Below the pieces are notes generated by a model. That model searched no databases, was not told the DNA's origin, and saw only the letters and a program-made list of their open reading frames with translations. Of a DNA stretch of 64,000 nucleotides, positions 13,379 through 28,186 are shown piece after piece. Within the stretch, counting starts at the first letter, position 1. Each line of letters starts with the position of its first letter. The DNA is from Octopus vulgaris (lineage: Eukaryota). Made by a program: the position numbers and the translations under genes. The DNA lies in assembly GCA_951406725.2 (NCBI GenBank), contig OX597825.1, positions 33,418,001 to 33,482,000 on the forward strand, read 5' to 3'.

Positions 13379-13906
13379 AGCAAATATTCACAAAACATAA
13401 CAAACAAATCAAGCATCACATTTACTTACCTTACTCTGTATTTACAACTTAGTCACCTTCCTTGCAATATACGTAAGAAAAGCTATGCGAAACTATTCAG
13501 CAGTAACAAGAGCTAAAACCATTTCATACAATACCAAAGACACCAAAGAATAAAAACATTAACATATTCAATTTCTTCTAGTGTTTCTGCCAAATACCAA
13601 GAAAATAGAAGCTACGTAAAAACTACAAGAATATTTCAGCCAAATAGGAATACTTTAGGCTCAGCATCTTATTACGCTTTTATTACAATATTACAGATTT
13701 CAATGATGCTAAAGAAATTTCTAGAAAGCTATATTCATGGAATAAACAGCATTTTTCTTTTTCCCCTAGTTCTATCGGATTCACCATTAAATATATTTCT
13801 AATCACTCTGTTCAATTTCCTATGTATGTATGTATGTATGTATGTATGTATGTATGTATGTATGTATGTATGTATGTATGTATGTATGTTTGTATGTATG
13901 TGTATG

Positions 13907-13953
<47 letters not shown>

Positions 13954-14559
13954 TTTATAAACTCAATCAACTTATATAAGATGTATTTAAAATTAGCAAT
14001 TTCGCACATCATGAAAAATGCTAAAGACTGTAATCATCAGAAAAGCTTTTAACTTTATTATCCTATACCTACTTATCAAAAAAATACTAAACATAACATT
14101 AAAAATGAAGGTTCACCAATCACCACCCAGAGAATCAGATCTATAAAGCAAATTCATGACTTCTGAATGGTAATTGAGAGAGATTAATGTTATCATCCAT
14201 TTCTTCAAACGTTTTATGCTTCATATTTGACCAATTTTATGTCATATTATACATCGTACACATAACATAATAAGTACATTCTTCTCTCTTATTGCATATC
14301 CATTAGCAGTAAACAGGAATATTGGTTCCATAAGAACAAAAAGCAGGCATTGGTGTGGCTGTGTACTTAAAAAGTTTGCCTTGTAATTACATGGATTTTG
14401 GATTCAATCCTATTGCATAGTACCTTGGACAAGTGTATTCTAATATAACCTCAGATCAAGTAGAGTGCTGTGAATGAAATTTGAAAGTCAAAAATTTGGT
14501 CGGTAGCCTTAATTGATTGCATGGTTCAAGATGTCCATTCACCCTTGGGTATTTGAAGC

Positions 14560-15060
14560 AAGTCCGAACAAGAATGGAATAGAAAAAATTCAGTGAGCTA
14601 TTACCTCATCTGATAACATAGGGTTCTCTTTTAGTATAGAGAGAGGGAAAATTGTATGATGCTTGTATACAAAATGTGATACTCCTTGGTAGCAAGAGGC
14701 AGGCCTTGAATGTAGAGGATTTGTGAAGGTTAAAAAGAAATGAAATGAAAATGTTCTGCTGAATGTGTAATGTTAGTGTACACAAATACACTGAGTGAAA
14801 AGATGGCTGTAAGCAATATTAAACTAAGTGGGAAACCGATACTGGTATGGCAATGTAATTTACATGGACGATGCATTTCAATTGTATAAGTGTAAAGGGG
14901 ACAAAAGGAATGGAACCTATGAAGAAGGTGAACTAAGGAAAATATGTGACAAAACAGTGATGCTAGATCCCAAGGAGCTAGACTTCAGGAAGGAAATGAT
15001 GAAGAACTGCAGCAAGTGATGACACACAGTGCTGGAGAAGGCGCACCTCTCCATGCATGT
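14560..15060 (+). mobile_element. Degraded RTE LINE 3' fragment
   Basis: aaattcagtgagctattacctc...tatgatgcttgt aligns to 7338-7830. Confidence 0.75.
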
Positions 15061-16334
15061 AAAGCAAAAACAGGGGTTAAGACAGCGATGGTGATAGTGG
15101 TTGGGATGTATATCTACTTCTGTCCATTATGTTCCTATGAAGTCTTTTCCTGCCCACCCCATTTGTTCATTACCTTTTTATATAACACTCATCCTTTCTC
15201 CTACCACAGTATCATACTGCCTATCTAATGAGAAAAGGAATTGGATTGATTCTTATTTAAACCCCTTTATCAATCTACTGACTTCCTATCACACTATCTG
15301 TGTAGTGAGAGAAGGTATTGAATATGTATATATATATTCAATCTCCTAATCATCACTTCTTTATTGTCAGCCATCATTCTATCTTTCAACATCATTCCTC
15401 TCCTAACAATCATTTTTGTTATCTATCACATGTACTCACTCTTACCATCACCTATCAACAATTTTTATAAGCTATTCATATTTCTCTCTCTTTTCTATTA
15501 TTTCCCTTTTATCAATCATCTCTAATATACATCTCTTTCTCAATCTCACTACTTCATCTTGTTCAAAAAGGAACATGGCAACACTACCAAAATGAATTTG
15601 CATTGATAAGGGCAGTATGCAAAAATTTCATTTTCCAAGTTCAGGAAAGCACCTTGATTGTGTGAGTTTTTAAAATGATTCTCTTCTCCACCAAACAGAG
15701 TCTTCACCTCCTACTTCCATTTAGATATGGTCTAGATCTTTCCAGAAATCTCCAGCTGATGTTATACTACAATGCATCCTCTTCTATTAATTCTGAAACA
15801 TTGCAAGATCCAAGTGCTTTCCCGAACTCAGAAAGTGAAATTTTTGAGTACTACTCTCATGAACAAATATCAATTTTGGTGATGTGGCTGTGTCTCTTTT
15901 TCGAACAAGAGAATGATACACACACAACTTATATGCTTCAGCCATGGCTAATACCAACCTACAGAGAATAACTCATCCTTTCTTCTTTCTTCCTTTTGAT
16001 TTAGCATCAGCTCTTCAACTTCATCTCCAATATTTTTCACTAAATTTTATTCCTCTCTTCTGCTACCTCTGAATTAACCTAGATTCTATGTACCTACGGT
16101 ACTAAAGATGCTATGCACTTCTGACCATTATGTCTACAGTGTTGTCAATATTGTGTAGTGGCAATATTTGATACAAAACTGATGTTGATAATCTGACCAG
16201 TTATCATACCCTAACCAGAAATATAATATTTGATAATATAAAGATATAGCCATTCTGTTATTTATACTTATATTGACTGCTTTTATCTCTGGCTTATGGA
16301 AGAACTACTACTTAACAAAAACAACAACGAAAAT

Positions 16335-16411
<77 letters not shown>

Positions 16412-16489
16412 TAATAATAACAACAACAATAACAATAATTATAATAATAATAATAATAATGATAATTATAATAATGGAGTATCATAGCC

Positions 16490-16809
16490 ATGTATTGAGA
16501 GGAATTCTTTGGGGTTTGGATAATTCACCTCTAGTAACATTGATGTTTCATTCAATATCCTTAAACGGCCCTTATTCAGGAATCTTTTGAGTGGGATGGG
16601 CTACTTGACCTGAAGAAAATTTTAACAGGGCTCCACCTGCAAGGTCATGTGCTGTTTATCTTGATATGAGATCACCATGTCATGCACATGTGGTTGAGAT
16701 GCATATGTCTGGTGTACCCTTATCAGATGGGTAGTCATGATGGGGTATACTGGGCTTTGTATATTTTACCCCAGTGTCACTTTGATGGCATGAACGGCTC
16801 TCTCACTCA
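16490..16809 (-). repeat. Inverted copy of the 12820 repeat
   Basis: Reverse complement of ttgagtgagagagc...gccatcaaagtgacactggggtaaaatatac... Confidence 0.8.
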
Positions 16810-16810
16810 A

Positions 16811-16842
<32 letters not shown>

Positions 16843-17031
16843 ATAATAATAATAACAACAACAACAACAATATGGATGTATATTTATATATATATGCATG
16901 TGTGTATATATAAGTGTGTGTGTGTGTGTGTGTGTACACATACACACACACACACATATTGTTATATTTGGGGATAGTCATTTTATCAATAAACATGAAT
17001 TATTTATTTTATCTTCACTTTAGCTTTATTG

Positions 17032-17085
<54 letters not shown>

Positions 17086-17671
17086 GTTTATTTGTCAGAT
17101 TTCTTTTGTCGCACATTCAGAAAATGTGAATGGAGCAATAACACCTCCCCACTCAAGCCTACCTTGCAACCTGACAACTGAACACAGAAAAAAAAAAGAC
17201 ATGTTTACAAACACTGTAATATACAAACCCATATGTATGCACTCAAAACATACATATACGTGCCAAACACATAGACACAGATAGTTACAGATGCAAACTC
17301 ATGCACAGAAGGGATACATTCCACAGAAAGATAAGATGGAATGAATATGACAAAACCAGAGAGAAGAGGCGATATGTAAAGCAGGAAGTCATTGAAGAGG
17401 CCACTGGATGTGTGATGAAAGAACTCTGATAAATAAACTCATAACAGTGATAAAGCTAAAGTGAAGATCAAGTAAATGATGCATGTGTTTATTGGCACAA
17501 TGATCGTCCCCAAATATAACTATATTTGTTTCAACATATGATTTCACATCAAGAATCTTGCAAAATAAATACATTAACATATACACATACATATATACAA
17601 ACATACATACATACATACATACATACATACATACATACATACACACACATGTATATATGTATGTATGTATG

Positions 17672-17798
<127 letters not shown>

Positions 17799-18104
17799 TA
17801 ATAAAATTGGAAGATTTATATAACATGCTTTCAGTCTTCCAGACTCAGTTCATAATGTCAAATGTAATTTTAAAAAATCAGGATGCTGGTCTATGAGCAA
17901 CACGAGAAAAAGAAGGAAAAAGGAGAAGGAGGTTGATGCAAAAAGTGGAACAAGAAGAAAGAAAAGAAAAGTAAGAAAGGCAAGATCTTCATCCTCTTTA
18001 ACTGCAGAAACCATAATTACCGTAGCTGGTGCAGAATAATATAAGAGAGACCAAAGTCTGTCAGGTAGCTACTCAATCCAGAGTGGGTGGGGTCTTCCAG
18101 TTCA

Positions 18105-18600
18105 ACAAAAGAAAACTGTCCATGTGCGTACCTTTACTAAAAATCTCAGATCTGGAATAAAGTAGTGTGGTGGAATTCTTGAACCTAAAAAGAATGTGTG
18201 AGTTGTGCATAGCTTGAACCTCTTAGACCCATTCATATATGGTATAGGTTTCTCCACGATTCTCCACTTGATTGTAAGTGGTGTACATTCGGTCTTCAAA
18301 CTCAACACATAGCTAGCCAACTTAGTGGCATTTTTTTTTTCTATTAATGTCAGGAAGAAGACTGGTGGTTTGCATAATGGCTTTCAAAGTTGCCTTCACA
18401 TAAACCAATGTAATTTTTGTTCACAATTATTTTGTCTTGGAGCACTGCTGTAACTTCAGCTTCTTCAGCAACTATGTTTATCAAACATGCTTGATCAAGT
18501 GGGCAAGTTTAAGGTTCTCTACAGTTACAACTGGGTGTGGACTTTTGGTATGACTTATGTATGATCATGTCTTCTGGTTTGTTTTCTCATATTCACAGAC
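18105..18600 (-). pseudogene. Penelope GIY-YIG endonuclease fragment
   Basis: ATKLASYVLSLK...TIKWRIVEKPIPYMNGSKRFKLCTT, with upstream ITLVYVKATL/ and CNCREP...CPLDQAC motifs. Confidence 0.8.
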
Positions 18601-19775
18601 AAGCATCCAAATAATTGGAATGTTATATATATATATATATATAGTGTGAGTGTGTGTGTGTGTGTATTTATGTATTTTGTCTTGCAAGATTCTTAATATG
18701 AAATCATGTGTTCAAATAGATATTGTTATATTTGGGGATGATCATTTTGCCAATAAACACATGCACTATTTGTGTTTCTTGGAGCATGTAACTATTTGTG
18801 TATATTAAATTCTAATTCTGAATCTTAAATGATATTCATCTCTCACTGGATAGAACGCTTTTCTTGTTGATCCGACCTATAATACAATAATATGTACACA
18901 CACACATATATATATATATATATACATATATATATAAACACACACACATATATATAAAGCATTTCTATTTAACTAATGATGGATTACTTTATATTGTAGT
19001 TAATGCCTTGCAAACATTAAATGCATTTATTATGATTTCATTTTCTTCTAAACTTAAATGAAGAAGACCTCCAAACTATACCAGAAGAACCTATGTAATA
19101 ATACCTACAAAACCCTGCAATTACCATACATTAATATATATTATATATTTTCTTAAATGGATTTATATAAAGGTACATAAGTTTGTTTTTGAAATTACAA
19201 AGGTGTTTATTGACTTGTATGTGGCTTACATGGTTAAATAGTACTAACTCTACTCTCAGAATTAGACATTAAAACAAGATTATTAGCCATATTATATTCA
19301 ATATTTCTACTAGTTGTTATCTGAAAGGTACTATCAATTTCACTGTCGGAATTACAATTATCTAAAGTATCAAAAACAGGATGAGTTATTTAAACTAAAC
19401 TATGATCATCATCATTATTTATGTATACATTACAGACGAGATTAATACAACTTTCATTATCATCATTAGTACTATTACTATTTTTCCTTTTACCATTATT
19501 ATTACTATCAATATTATTGTTATTATTATTATCATCAGCATTACTATTATTATTATATCCTCCATCCTTGTTCATGTTTTTGTAATTCTGTATTTCTTGA
19601 AATTCTTCTAAAGTGATATTTGGATTTACTTATCATACTTGGATGTTAATTCTATTAGAATTTATTGGTATCTGGTTGTTTGATGTAGTTGACCAAGTTT
19701 GCTAAACCACTGAGTGCTTTCTAGATATCTGCTTGGAGTTATTAATCCCTTTTACATATCATATATTCATATATA

Positions 19776-20269
19776 GGAGTGGCTGTGTGGTAAGTAGCTT
19801 GCTTACCAACCACATGGTCCCCGGTTCAGTCCCACTGCATGGCACCTTGGGCAAGTGTCTTCTACTATAGCCTTGGGCCAATCAAAGCCTTGTGAGTGGA
19901 TTTGGTAGAGGGAAACTGGAAAAAGCCCATCGTATATGTGTGTATACATACACACACATGCACACCCACACACACATATATATACATGTATGTATGTATG
20001 TATGTATGTATGTATGTATGTATGTGTGTATGTATGCATGTATGTATGTATGTGTGTATATGTTTGTATGTCTGTGTTTATCCCCCCAACATCGCTTGAC
20101 AACCAATGCTGGTGTATTTACATCCCCTGTAACTTAGCAGTTCGGCAAAAGTGAATAACAGAACAAGTACTAGGCTTACAAAGAATAAGCTCTGGGATCA
20201 ATTTGCTTGACTAAAGGCAGTACTCCAGCATGGCTGCAGTCAAATGCTGAAACAAGTAAAAGAATAAAA

Positions 20270-20272
<3 letters not shown>
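19776..20272 (+). mobile_element. Full-length SINE family A
   Basis: ggagtggctgtgtggtaagtagcttgcttaccaaccacatgg...ggttcagtccc head, internal microsatellite, aaacaagtaaaagaataaaagaa tail. Confidence 0.9.
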
Positions 20273-20315
<43 letters not shown>

Positions 20316-20639
20316 GAAGGTGCATGGCTTAGTGGTTAGGTTGTTTCACTCACGATTGTGAGGTTGTGGTTTCGTTTCCAAGACTGGGTGTTGTGTTGTA
20401 TTCACATTGCTCTGCAATCATTTCATCATCTAAAATTTGGCACACGGTGCACCTGTACAGGTGATGCTGATTTCATGAAGGGAGTGAGCTTATGTGAACA
20501 AATATTTGATCACTATAAACAAATCATCTGTGTGGTTCTTTGATGAGAAATTGCCGATCCCTCATACGTCATCTAACAATAAAAAGAGGGGGCAATAGGT
20601 GAACCATGATATGGTGAGTGATTACTGTATATATATTTA

Positions 20640-20965
20640 TATATGGTGGTGGTTGTCTACTACTTATGCAGAGTTTGACCACCTCCTGTACCTATGTCTT
20701 AGAACCATCATGGCATCTGATATGGCTTTTTAAACCAGACAAAGTTCTGAAAAGGCACCCACATAAATTGCACATCCGATTTAGACCACCAAGAGCTGCA
20801 GATAAGTTCTGATCTTTGTGGATCTTGAAATATCTTTTGAGGCTTCCGTTAGATTTGCAAACCTTCTGGCATACACTGCATTCAAAGGTGTGCACAGTCA
20901 TGTAGGCAGAATAGTTGGTGGAGGTTCATTTCCATGGATTCGCAAATGAGATTTGAGCCCAGCAA
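20640..20965 (-). mobile_element. LINE (RTE-like) C-terminus with C2H2 zinc fingers
   Basis: CSVCQKVCKSNGSLKRYFKIH and CNLCGCLFRTLSGLKSHIRCH, plus FAGLKSHLRIH upstream; no splice context evident. Confidence 0.6.
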
Positions 20966-21044
20966 AGGAAAGGCATACATATATACATACATATGTATAC
21001 ATAAATGCATGTATGTGTGTGAGCGTGTGTATATATATATGTGT

Positions 21045-21080
<36 letters not shown>

Positions 21081-21561
21081 GCATATATATGCATGTATGT
21101 ATGTATGCACACACACATATTTAAATTCCATGAATTCAGTAACACATGAACAATTAAATTCATATAATTCATACAAAGCCTACTACAAAAATACTAATTT
21201 ATTTCAAGAGTATAGTAGGTAGCTGGATGAACTATTATACCTGTTATAAAATCTATTCAATGCTTTTTCTTTTGTATCTGTTATTTGTACTGGCTGACTT
21301 TTTGACATTACATTGTTACATTTTCAAGATTATTATTCTGGTTTAAGTAAAAAGTTGCAAACAAAAGTTATAAACATAATTGTCTAATAAGAAGGAGTGA
21401 GCAATTTGAATAAAGCTGGAGGCGACCTTTCTTTGAACTTAATTCACTAGAAATATTTCATGCATGACTGGAGTGCTGTAAAAGACTACCCAGACCAGAG
21501 CCTTGAAAATGAAATTTAGGTGACAGGAAACAATGAGGAAGTCTATTGCATGTGTGTGTGT

Positions 21562-21600
<39 letters not shown>

Positions 21601-21619
21601 TGTGTGTGTGTGTGTGTGT

Positions 21620-22150
21620 ACAGGCAGAGAGACTGTTAAAAAAGCCAAACCTACTTTCTACAATTCAGTTTTTGTGCCTATTTTCATCTATGATCATCAA
21701 TGTTGGGTACTGACTGAAAAGGTATGATTGCAAATACGTGTGGCTGAAATGGGATTCCTCTGAAGCAGTGGTTCTCAAGTGGGGTCTATATGGCCCTTCA
21801 GGGTCCATATAAGATTTTTGGGGGCCTATGGAACAATATAATAAATTGGGGATCCACAATAGTATTTTAAGAGTCCCTGAAAAGATTTTGTTTCAGATGT
21901 ATGTTTTGGTCTGTATTGCAAGAAACAACTCGGTTTCTTCCTCTAACATTTCACATAGTTTAATCTAGACAAGTTAATGTGTGAAAAACAAAACAGGAAT
22001 TTTGAAAGAAGTTTCCATAAAACTAGTTTTTAAACATTGAATGGCTACAGGGGTCCACCAAAATGAAATAATAATCAAAGGGGTTCATGGATAAAAACTG
22101 GTTGAGAACCCCTGTTCTAAAGGATCTGTGGAGTTAACACAACAAACAAG
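21620..22150 (+). mobile_element. RTE fragment interrupted by a MITE
   Basis: KAKPTFYNSVFVPIFIYDHQCWVLTEKV*LQIRVAEMGFL, resuming as RICGV after the MITE. Confidence 0.7.
21766..22114. mobile_element. hAT (Charlie-like) MITE
   Basis: TIR CAGTGGTTCTCAA / TTGAGAACCCCTG; 8-bp TSD CTCTGAAG / TTCTAAAG. Confidence 0.85.
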
Positions 22151-22419
22151 ATGTGGACAAAGATCCATCGAATATAAATAATGTAAATAATGTAAATAGT
22201 GGTCATAATTGACTTAAATATTCTACCTGTTTTATGTTCAAATCAGCCTGATCTGGCCTCTCACACTTACCCTACAATGACATTCTAAAAATAAGCATAT
22301 CATCAAAACCTCAAAGCTACAAGATAATGCAGAATTAATTCAAAACAATTTGAATAAATACTCATTGCAGTTAACAAAGTGATCTTAATGTGAAAGGGCT
22401 AATAAAATAAGCACCAAAC

Positions 22420-22860
22420 CAGCAAACAGTTTACAAAAGTACAAACATTAGCACTACACTTGTCAGTACTTTGGTATGATATCCTCCAACCTCCAACAGA
22501 GCAGTCAGGCTTTCTTTCAACCAAAAATTTGCAGTAACCTTGTGTTATTTCATATATCCAAAACTGGAGTATCATTTCTTTCAAATCTGAAATTGATGAA
22601 GCACTATAAACTGCCAGATATATATTTTTCTCTTTTGGGCATTTGGTCCCAAACATTTTCTATCAGGCTTAGGTCAGGAGACAATCCAGGCCACTTATCC
22701 AGATAGAGTACTATCATAAGCTGTAAGCCATTATTTCACACACTTTGCAGGATGTAAACATGCTGTTACAATGCAGTGTAATTATAGATGATGATATGAG
22801 TAGACAACTTCTTCAGAATATTCTGATAGATTTTAGCATTTATGGAGCAGTTGTACTTTT
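22420..22860 (-). pseudogene. Tc1-like transposase fragment
   Basis: Minus strand KWPGLSPDLSLIENVWDQM matches the WPxxSPDLNPIE motif. Confidence 0.75.
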
Positions 22861-22947
22861 ATAGAGGTCTTTCTCTTTTTTTTTTTTTTCAGAAATGCAT
22901 CATTTTTATAATTGATGAGTATTGCTTAACATTTGCAAGAATATACA

Positions 22948-22984
<37 letters not shown>

Positions 22985-23032
22985 GTACACATACACACAG
23001 ACACACACACATACACACAGACACACACACAT

Positions 23033-23084
<52 letters not shown>

Positions 23085-23150
23085 ACACACTCACACATAC
23101 ATACATACATACATACATACATACATACATACATACATACACACATACAT

Positions 23151-23203
<53 letters not shown>

Positions 23204-23481
23204 GACATACACACAAGACATGGGCAACCTATTACAGTTCATTCTGTAGTATGTGAGTTCATGTAAGCGATCTAAGAATTCATAAGTCAGAAATAAATGT
23301 TCACTTGTATATTTCTCAATAGAGTAGGTATATAAATTGAAGTCTACACACAATCTTGCCAATCAGTGCAAAACCAAATGGTAAGATCAGCCATAATTAA
23401 TATATAATATTGTATATTTTGATTAATATGTGTGTGTGTGTGTGTGTGTGTATGTTTATAAATGTAATAAATATATATATA

Positions 23482-25285
23482 CACTATGTGATCAAAAATA
23501 TCTGGACAATTGGCAAAACATGTTTATCATAGAGGATGACACAGTAGATCACAGAGGGTGCCACAATACTACCATTTACCATGTGGAATACATGGCCAGC
23601 AATCTCAGTAGTTAGCAGACAGTGTTAGGCAACAGAATGGGATGCTCTGCAGAACTAATGGACTTTCAACATGAACAGGTGGTGAAGTGACACTTGTCTA
23701 ATAAGCTTGTGCATGAGATTTCCACTCTCTTGAACATCCTTAGGTCTTCTGTTTCCAATGTAATAGTGAAGTGGAAACGTGAAGGGACGTGTACAACCCA
23801 AAAGCATTTGGGTTGACCTCCCATGTTAACCCCTAGAGACCGCCAGGTGTTGAAGAGCATCATACAGCATAATTGTCTATCACCCCTCACCACCATCACA
23901 GAAATTCCAAACTGCATCAGGATCTACTCCAAACACGATGACTGTTCAGCACAAGGTGTGGAAACTTGGCTTCCATGGAAGAGCAGCTGCCCATAAGCCA
24001 CACATCACACCAACAAATGCTCAAATCCACCTCATGTGGTGTAAAGAGCATCAAAACTGGACTATAGAACAGTGGAAAACTGTTGTGTGGAGTTGTGAAT
24101 CATAGTACACAATGTGGTGATCTGATAGATGGTATGGGTGTGGTAAATGCCAGGTAAACGATATGCACTAGCCTGTATAGTGCTGATTGTGAAATTCAGC
24201 TATAATATTAAATTAACAGTAACTAATAGAAACAAATTTTATTAAATAGGAACTAATAAAAAAAATCTTGCTATGTTTAAAGCTAATTAAAACTGTTTAA
24301 AAGATAATAAAACTGCAAGTTGTTTCTTCATTGTCCACATGGGCCAACATAGAGGGGATGATACAGCCTGATTTGGGGCGAGATGCACAAAATGAGGTAT
24401 AAAAATTTACATTGAAATCGAATAGAAAATCGGATGGTAACACAAATTACCAAACAAATTGACAAACATGAAATGAGGTAGGAGAACAAGTTTTAGCTCT
24501 GACCCCCTGAGCCCTGTTCTACTGCCAATACCTTTTGGTAAGCTTTATGACATGTTCATGCAGTGTCTTTTTAACACATTTGTGCTACACATGCCCATCT
24601 ATCTTTGTACAATCTCGATGACAAGCATCTCCTCTCCAGCCCCACTTTCCTTTTCAGGTGAAAGGTGAAAAATCTCACCAAACTGAGGCCAGAGATGAAG
24701 CTGCCCATCACAAATCCTTTCATTCTTGACTTCTATATCACCTCTTCCACGATTGCTACTACTGTGGGAAAACAGTGTTTCTCGTGGAGGGGGCTTGACC
24801 CTCTTGTTTCACATGGCACAAACTTACACTGACATTTTAACTACTTTCATTTTGCATACTGTTGAAGACAGTTTGGGGATGACCATTGTGTTTTTCAACG
24901 TGACTGAGCACCTGTCCATACTGAAGGGGTTGCAGGGGTGTGGTTTGATGACAATGTCCCACTAATGGACTGGCCTGTGCAGAGTCCTGATTTAAATCTC
25001 ACTGAACATCTCTGGGATGTACCGGAATGCTGACTCCATGCTAGACCTCACTGACCCACATTGACACCCTTGCTCATTTTGGCACTCTACGAAGAAGAAT
25101 GGGGTGCCATTCCCCAGGAAACCTTCCACCACCTGATTGAAAGTATGCCTGTGAGAGTGGAGGCTGCCATCATGGCTAAGGGCGGGCCAACACCGTATTG
25201 ATTGCCAGTGTTCCAGCTGGAAGGTGGCCCAAACTTGTACTTCATTATCAGATGGGTATCCAGATACTTTTGGTCACATACCGTG
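23482..25285 (+). mobile_element. Full-length decayed Tc1 transposon with internal insertion
   Basis: TIR CACTATGTGATCAAAAATATCTGGA / TCCAGATACTTTTGGTCACATACCGTG with TA TSD. Transposase remnant 23637-25201 (MGCSAELMDFQ...DWPVQSPDLNLTEHLW...AKGGPTPY*); foreign insert ~24200-24755. Confidence 0.92.
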
Positions 25286-25289
25286 TACA

Positions 25290-25530
25290 TCTCCCCTTCT
25301 TTCTACCTCTCCTGTCAAACCTATTTTTCCCAACCAGTCGCCATGCTTGATCACTAAATCCACAAGTTTTTTTATTCTCTCTCTCTGTTTATTTTCTCTT
25401 ATTCCTTTCTGTTGAAGGGTGTAGGCTCAAAATGTAAGACTTTCTCACTTTCCTGAGCATCAAACTAATACACCTGCATGTTGTTATTACACCTATCTTT
25501 GTCTTTTGTTTTTCTATAAATTTCAACTAT
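25290..25530 (+). mobile_element. Short (TA)n-terminated element with a degenerate hammerhead
   Basis: cttt-CTGTTGA(25409)-agggtgtaggctc-aaaa-tgta, ending tttcaactatatata; homologue at 61497-61625. Confidence 0.6.
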
Positions 25531-25882
25531 ATATATATATATAGTCTAGTTTCCAAAATTTTTGGTTGATGGAGATATATAATCCAAGTGGGTACCAATA
25601 TGCACTTCTACCAATCGATAATGCTGGTTAACATGAGTTTATGAACTTTCAGTTGGTTGGTTTAACTATTCTTTGCACATTCTTAATGCCTGAAAATCCA
25701 GTTTCGGATATACTGTATTAAAGACAGTCTGATCTTTATTCTTTTATTACTCCTTTGTGTTCAGTCTAGAACATTAGTGTGCAGAATGTTGCTAGTATAG
25801 AAATGGAAACAGATAACTCAATATGAAGCCACATTTTTACAACCAATGAGTGAACACGTGAAGAAAATATGAACACATAAAT

Positions 25883-25939
<57 letters not shown>

Positions 25940-25977
25940 CACACACACACACACATACACACACACATACATATATG

Positions 25978-27131
25978 CAGCGGTGGGCACAACTAACCAC
26001 AAAGTTAGCTTTGTTAACTGCCAATCTGCTAATTAAAAAAGTTAGCTTTGCAAACACTAAACTACTAAACAGGTAAAAAAATTAGCAGAAGTTAATGCTA
26101 ACTAATAAGTACTAACTTTTATTATATGAATTTAGCTTCAGTTTGGTTTGGGGGCACTAAAACCCTTAAAAACAGACATTGGGAGCTGAAATTTTCATGT
26201 TGCAACTTAGACATAGAGCTTTCCAAAAAAGGTATAGCATGCCAAGATCAGATGATGATCAAGGTGTACGCAAATAATTAAGTGAATAAATGAAATTAAA
26301 CAGTTTTTCAGTCAGCACTTTATTTACTGTATAAAAAGTATTAAATGAATCAAAAATGTATAGTATAGCATAAGTATCATGCCAAGATCAGATGAGATCA
26401 AGGTGTACTACTCTGGCTGGGCCTTCTCCATGGCCTTCATCTGATGTTGGTTGCCCTTCATAACATCAGCCTCTCAAAGTTACTATCTGACAGGGTGGCT
26501 CCCTTGGCCACCAAAATATCTTTGCCTATAGAGAATAGATACTCAACTGCAGCACTGGATGGGATGGCAGTGTTATACTTGGTGAACAGGTCAATCAAGA
26601 CCTGCTCACTTAAAAAGGTGATTTCAGTTAGGACCTCCTTTGAGACTGCTTCCAGAGAGGTCTTCACTAAGTTCTGTGTCTTAAACTTCATTGACCTGTA
26701 GCTCCTGCTCTCCTGGAACTGAGTAATGTTGCTGAAGAAATTATCTTCTTCATCCTCATTGCTGGTGGTGCTTCTGCCTTCCTCATCTGTCTCCATTAGA
26801 GCTGTCTCTATGACAGTCTACATGACATTCATTTCTCTGCTAACCTGGCAAAATTTGGGGTGGAAGGCAGAATTACACAATGCTGCTCAGCTAGTTGCTA
26901 CTGTGTCAACCAATAATGTCTTGTCACATGTACACATAATCAGCCAATAACATGCCTGACAGGCTCTTTGAAACACATCCACAACAGACAGGAACACACA
27001 TGAATTTTGTTAGCAGAAGCTAATTGGTCCACTAACAGTTTCCAAAGTTAGTGAAAACATGAAACCACTAAAGGAAAAGTTAACTTCACTAATTAGCTGT
27101 TAGTGGATGAGTGAAACTGTGCCCACCACTG
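25978..27131 (-). mobile_element. Internally deleted hAT transposon
   Basis: TIR CAGCGGTGGGCACA / TGTGCCCACCACTG; perfect TSD CATATATG. ORF 26458-26796 has the hAT C-terminal dimerisation motif (LFTKYNTAIPSSAAVEYLFSIGKDIL...LSDSNFERL). Confidence 0.93.
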
Positions 27132-28121
27132 CATATATGTATATAAGACAAATTCCTTTCAGTTTATATTCACCAAATCCAGTCAAACAATTTGGTTGGC
27201 TTGGAACTTTGGTAAAAAACACTTGCTCAAGATACCATACAATGGGACTGAATCAGGCACCACACCACATGGTTGGGCAGTAAACTTCTTACCACACAGC
27301 CATAACTGAGCCATACAACCACACCAGCACCATACCATACTGCAATAATTTCATTTCAAGAATGGAACTGAGATCCCTTTGAAACATTAATAGATTTAAA
27401 GATTTAGGAATGCTAATGTTTCAAAATGAGTGTAAAGGATTAATAGCAAAAAGATCGAACTTGAACATAGTCTTGTCTTCAATACATATGTATATAACCT
27501 GCAAGTAGAAAAAGAGAAGAGATGAGTATACATGTGCGTGCATGCGTGTGTGTGTGTGTATGTGTGTGTGTGAGTGTGTGTGTGCATGCATGTGTGTATG
27601 TGTATGCATGTGTGTGTGAGTTCCCATATGGCTTATGAAAAATATTATTGAATGACAGAAATTTATGATAAGCAGATTTTATTACCTTCAGTTTTGATTT
27701 GCTTACATTTTCCATCCATTTTTGTATTTTATTCATATATGCGAGAATAATTTTGTATGTTTTAGAGTAAATAATAAGCTCGGTGATATTATTGCTCAAC
27801 TTTGTGTATATAGTATATAATTATGTTTTATATTTATTGTACAGTTGTATGTTTTGTACAGTTGTATATATTTATTGTACAACTGTATGTATGGATTACA
27901 ATATTTTTATAGCATTTACCAGCAGTGTATAAGGATATAAATCAGTCTGCTTATAGATATTAACGTTTCAGTTATTTCCAAGATATATACAAACCCACCA
28001 ACAAATACATTCAAGAATATTATTTATATTAAGTATCATGGTAAATTTTGGCACTTTTTCATTTCTGCAGTATTTTAAAGTGACATATAATTCAAAAGTA
28101 TTATATATCATGTATCATACA

Positions 28122-28152
<31 letters not shown>

Positions 28153-28186
28153 GTATTTATTCACAGACACACATACATATAGGTGT

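Noticed and set aside
20692-20901. Host C2H2 zinc-finger gene
   Set aside because: Frameshifted, lacks TGEKP linkers and is truncated by a microsatellite; it fits a LINE C-terminus better.
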